From Octopus vulgaris (Eukaryota), in the NCBI GenBank assembly GCA_951406725.2, contig OX597823.1, positions 4,960,001-5,024,000 of the forward strand: a DNA stretch of 64,000 nt. Reading direction: 5' to 3'. Made by a program: the position numbers and the translations under genes. The notes beneath the pieces are model-generated. The model was not told the DNA's origin. It was given only the letters and a program-made list of their open reading frames with translations, and searched no databases. Shown here one piece after another: positions 60,935 through 64,000 of the stretch; position 1 is the stretch's first letter, and every line of letters starts with the position of its first letter.

Positions 60935-61097
60935 ATACGATGGGCTTCTTTCAGTTTCCATCTACCAAATCCACTCACAAGGCTTTGGTCGGCCTGAGGC
61001 TATAGTAGAAGACACTTGCCCAAGGTGCCATGCAGTAGGACTGAACCCTGAACCATGTGGTTCATAAGCAAGCTACTTACCACACAGCCACTCCTAT
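60935..61097 (-). mobile_element. 5' half of OR2-like SINE
   Basis: AGAAGACACTTGCCCAAGGTGCC...CACACAGCCACTCCT. Confidence 0.85.
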
Positions 61098-61839
61098 GCA
61101 TGTGTGTGAGTTTAATATGAAAATCGTGGTTATGTTACAGTTCTGACACCTGATATTTCAATAATCCACTCCACCATATTTTTATTTCACTCTTAAGTTC
61201 CCAGACTCTTGTTTTCTTTCTTTTTGCTTTTATTATTAATGTTTAGATCAAATCCTCCTCTTGAACTTCTGGTAAACTGTGTAACTTTGCATATCTCAGC
61301 AGTAGTCAGCATGCATTTCTTCTGACCATCCATCTTAATATCTATTTTCAAAGACAAAAATATTCTTGGTGGAATCTTTCACTTGGCTCATTAGATAAGT
61401 CAGCAGGCATTCGATGGAAGAAAACAAAAACTGAAAATGAGAATGCAGAATGTGAACTGTTAGTGATATTTTTCAACCCAAGAACTGATACTTTTGAAGC
61501 AAATTGTATACATTTTGTTCATAGTCATCTGCACAATTTCACCCAAAAAGTACTGGCATTCCACCACCGCCGCCACCACTACCACCACCACCACCACCAC
61601 CACCATCGTTTAATGTTCATGCTCCATGCTGGCATGGGTTGGACAGTTTGACAGGAAGCAAGAAGCACTGCATCATGCATTGGTGTCTGTTTTGGCATTC
61701 TTTCTTTCTATGGCTGAATACTCTTCCTACGGTCAACCACTTTACAGTGTGTTCTGGGTGCTTCTTCATTGCACCAGCAGTAATGAGGTCACAATGCAAT
61801 TTCCAAGACTACGAACTTTGAGTGAGGCAGCTTTATGCT

Positions 61840-61988
61840 AGGAGTGGTTGGCGTTAGGAAGGGCATCCAGCTGTAGAAACACTGCCAGATCAGACTGGGC
61901 TTGTTGCAGCCTCCTGGCTTCCCAGACCCCGGTCAAACCGTCCAACCCGTGCTAGCATGGAAAGCGGACGTTAAACGATGATGATGAT
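61840..61988 (+). mobile_element. Young RTE 3'UTR tail copy
   Basis: GGAGTGGTTGGCGTTAGGAAGGGCATCC...GTTAAACGATGATGATGA. Confidence 0.85.
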
Positions 61989-62126
61989 AAGGGGTTAAAG
62001 CAGTGGTTTTCAACTGGGATTCATATGACCCTTTGGGATTCATATGAGACTTTGATGTTAACATTTATGTGCAATGAACTGGTTATACTTTTACAATGCA
62101 CAAAATATTTTAACAATTTTTATATA

Positions 62127-62295
62127 CAGGAGTGGCTGTGTGGTAAGTAGTTTGCTTACCAACCACAGGGTTCCGGGTTCAGTCTCACTGCGTGGCACCT
62201 TGGGCAAGTGTCTTCTACTATAGCCTCGGGCCAACCAAAGCCTTGTGAGTGGATATGGTAGACGGAAACTGAAAGAAGCCTGTCATATCTGTATT

Positions 62296-62351
<56 letters not shown>

Positions 62352-62540
62352 TGTCTGTTTGTCCCACCCACACCATTGCTTGACAACCGATGCTGGTGTG
62401 TTTATGTCCCTGTAACTTAGCAGTTTGGCAAAAGAGACTGATAGAATAAATACTAGGCTTACAAAGAATAAGTTGACTTGCTTGATTAAAGGCGGTGCTC
62501 CAGCATGGCTGCAGTCATAGTGAAACAAGTAAAAGAGTAT
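62127..62540 (+). mobile_element. OR2-like CORE SINE
   Basis: Complete; TATACA at both ends is a possible TSD. Confidence 0.9.
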
Positions 62541-62569
62541 ACAATTCCTAATAATATTTAATTACTAAA

Positions 62570-62927
62570 GGCTGGAGCACCGCCTTTAGTCGAGCAAATC
62601 AACCCCAGGACTTATTCTTTGTAAGCCTAGTACTTATTCTATTGGTCTCTTTTGCAGAACTGCTAAGTTACGGGGATGTAAACACACCAGCATCGGTTGT
62701 CAAGTGATGTTGGGGGGACAAACACAGACACACAAACATACACACACACACACGCATATATACGATAGGCTTCTTTCAGTTTCTGTCTACCAAATCCACT
62801 CACAAGGCTTTGGTTGGCCCGAGGCTATAGTAGAAGACAATCGCCCAAGGTTACACACAGTGGAACTGAACCCGGAATCCTGTGGTTGGTAAGCAAGCTA
62901 CTTACTACGCAGCCACTCGTGCGCCTA
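62570..62927 (-). mobile_element. OR2-like CORE SINE, tail truncated
   Basis: Reverse complement of the neighbouring copy. Confidence 0.9.
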
Positions 62928-63000
62928 TAAAATTATAAAAATTTTGTAAATATCAAATGGCTATAGGGGTCCATCCAAGTAAAATAGGAATCTAAGAGCT

Positions 63001-63052
63001 CCATAGGTAAAATCCATAGGTAAAATCCATAGGTAAAATCCATAGGTAAAAT
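63001..63052. repeat. 13-bp tandem repeat CCATAGGTAAAAT x4
   Basis: Direct reading. Confidence 0.95.
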
Positions 63053-63875
63053 ATAATTGTGAACCACTGGGTTACAATATGAGAGTAAGGATCAGAGCAG
63101 AACAGATTCCTTGCTGTAGAGGGACCAGATGAATACCTCACATTTTAGAAGAAAGGCTAGAGGAGTGATTGGCATGGGTGAGGCAGGAAGAGGAAGTAAT
63201 GAATATAGCGGTGATGAGGCATCTGTGTGGAACCTCAAAGTATGAAGTGAATGGGGACCGATGTGGGTGGGTGGAGGTTGCAAGAGTGTATGGGAGAGTA
63301 AGAGACGGGGAATGAGTGGGTGGGTGGGGGTGATTATAATAAATGAATATAATTCTTTCAAATTTTGGGACAAGGTCAGTAATTTTGAGGGGAGGGTTGT
63401 TCAACTGATAATTATTTTATTGACATCTTAATTTATGACACCAAAAAAACAGTTGGAAATTTAGTATGAAGAAAAAAGAAAGCTGGCAAATTCTTACCTA
63501 GAACCCAAGTGAAACTGTTAGGAAACATTAGATGTAGTGAGGAAAGATAGCTTTTTCTTTGGTTTCCAAAGAAGGATATTTAATAGTCTAATGACCAGGT
63601 TCCATGGCTTGTCTTTGAGGCAAATCTTTACAAATTCAGGAATCAGAAGAAATGGTAGCATATTGTGTAACCTAGCTAAGAACAATTTAAAAAATTCTCT
63701 CAGATATACCTGTTATCATTGGTTATACCAGATATAGTTTTCAAATTTTGGCAGAAATTTTGTAAATATCAAGGTCAGAGATTTTGAAAAAGGGGTTTAA
63801 AGCTACTCCAGTGTTCAACTGGTACTTATTTTCTCAACTCTGAAAGGATGAAAGGCAATATTAATGACGGGGAAT

Positions 63876-64000
63876 TTATATATATAAAGCTAAAGTTGTC
63901 TGTGTATGGCAGGTTTGGTAGCCTTCAACTAACACTATCTCCTCCGAGACCCTGCAGCGCAAGTTGACCAAAATTGAGAGTATGATAGAAGGCTTGCTCT
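63876..64000 (+). mobile_element. Possible 5' end of a Helitron-like element running off the window
   Basis: T.TATATATATAAAGCTAAAGTTGTCTGTGT start followed by ATCTCC...GACCAAAATT, resembling non-autonomous Helitron 5' ends; 3' end not visible. Confidence 0.4.

Larger units (their letters stand above)
62001..63069. mobile_element. hAT (Charlie-like) MITE containing two nested SINEs
   Basis: Ends CAGTGGTTTTCAA and TTGTGAACCACTG; 8-bp flanks GGTTAAAG and GGTTACAA. Confidence 0.8.

Noticed and set aside
63498-63671. Minus-strand exon candidate (TAG acceptor, AG|GTAAGA donor)
   Set aside because: All three frames contain stops and such splice-like motifs arise by chance; at most a non-coding exon, unsupported without RNA data.

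Overview
Eukaryotic, AT-rich, repeat-dense window with no recognisable host protein-coding gene. The repeat content (tRNA-headed CORE-like and Nin/Deu-like SINEs, (GAT)n-tailed RTE LINEs, dense CA/TA/GAT/CAC microsatellites) points to an octopus-like cephalopod genome; this is an inference. The centrepiece is a young, 5'-truncated Penelope-like retroelement (about 19.3-22.7 kb). Its RT plus C-terminal GIY-YIG ORF is broken by one in-frame TGA and is bracketed by inverted pseudo-LTRs, each carrying a hammerhead-ribozyme-like motif. Related fold-back remnants and at least three other hammerhead-like motifs occur elsewhere. Also present: three RTE LINE fragments with a PHD-like finger, RLE-type and CR1-type LINE remnants, several decayed Tc1/mariner elements, hAT and piggyBac-type MITEs, a Helentron-type non-autonomous element and a tRNA-Asp-derived retro-sequence. 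One 776-bp insertion has no terminal inverted repeats, is bounded by CTAG and could not be classified. Most ORFs in the supplied track are microsatellite or SINE artefacts. Coordinates of decayed repeats were read by eye and are approximate.
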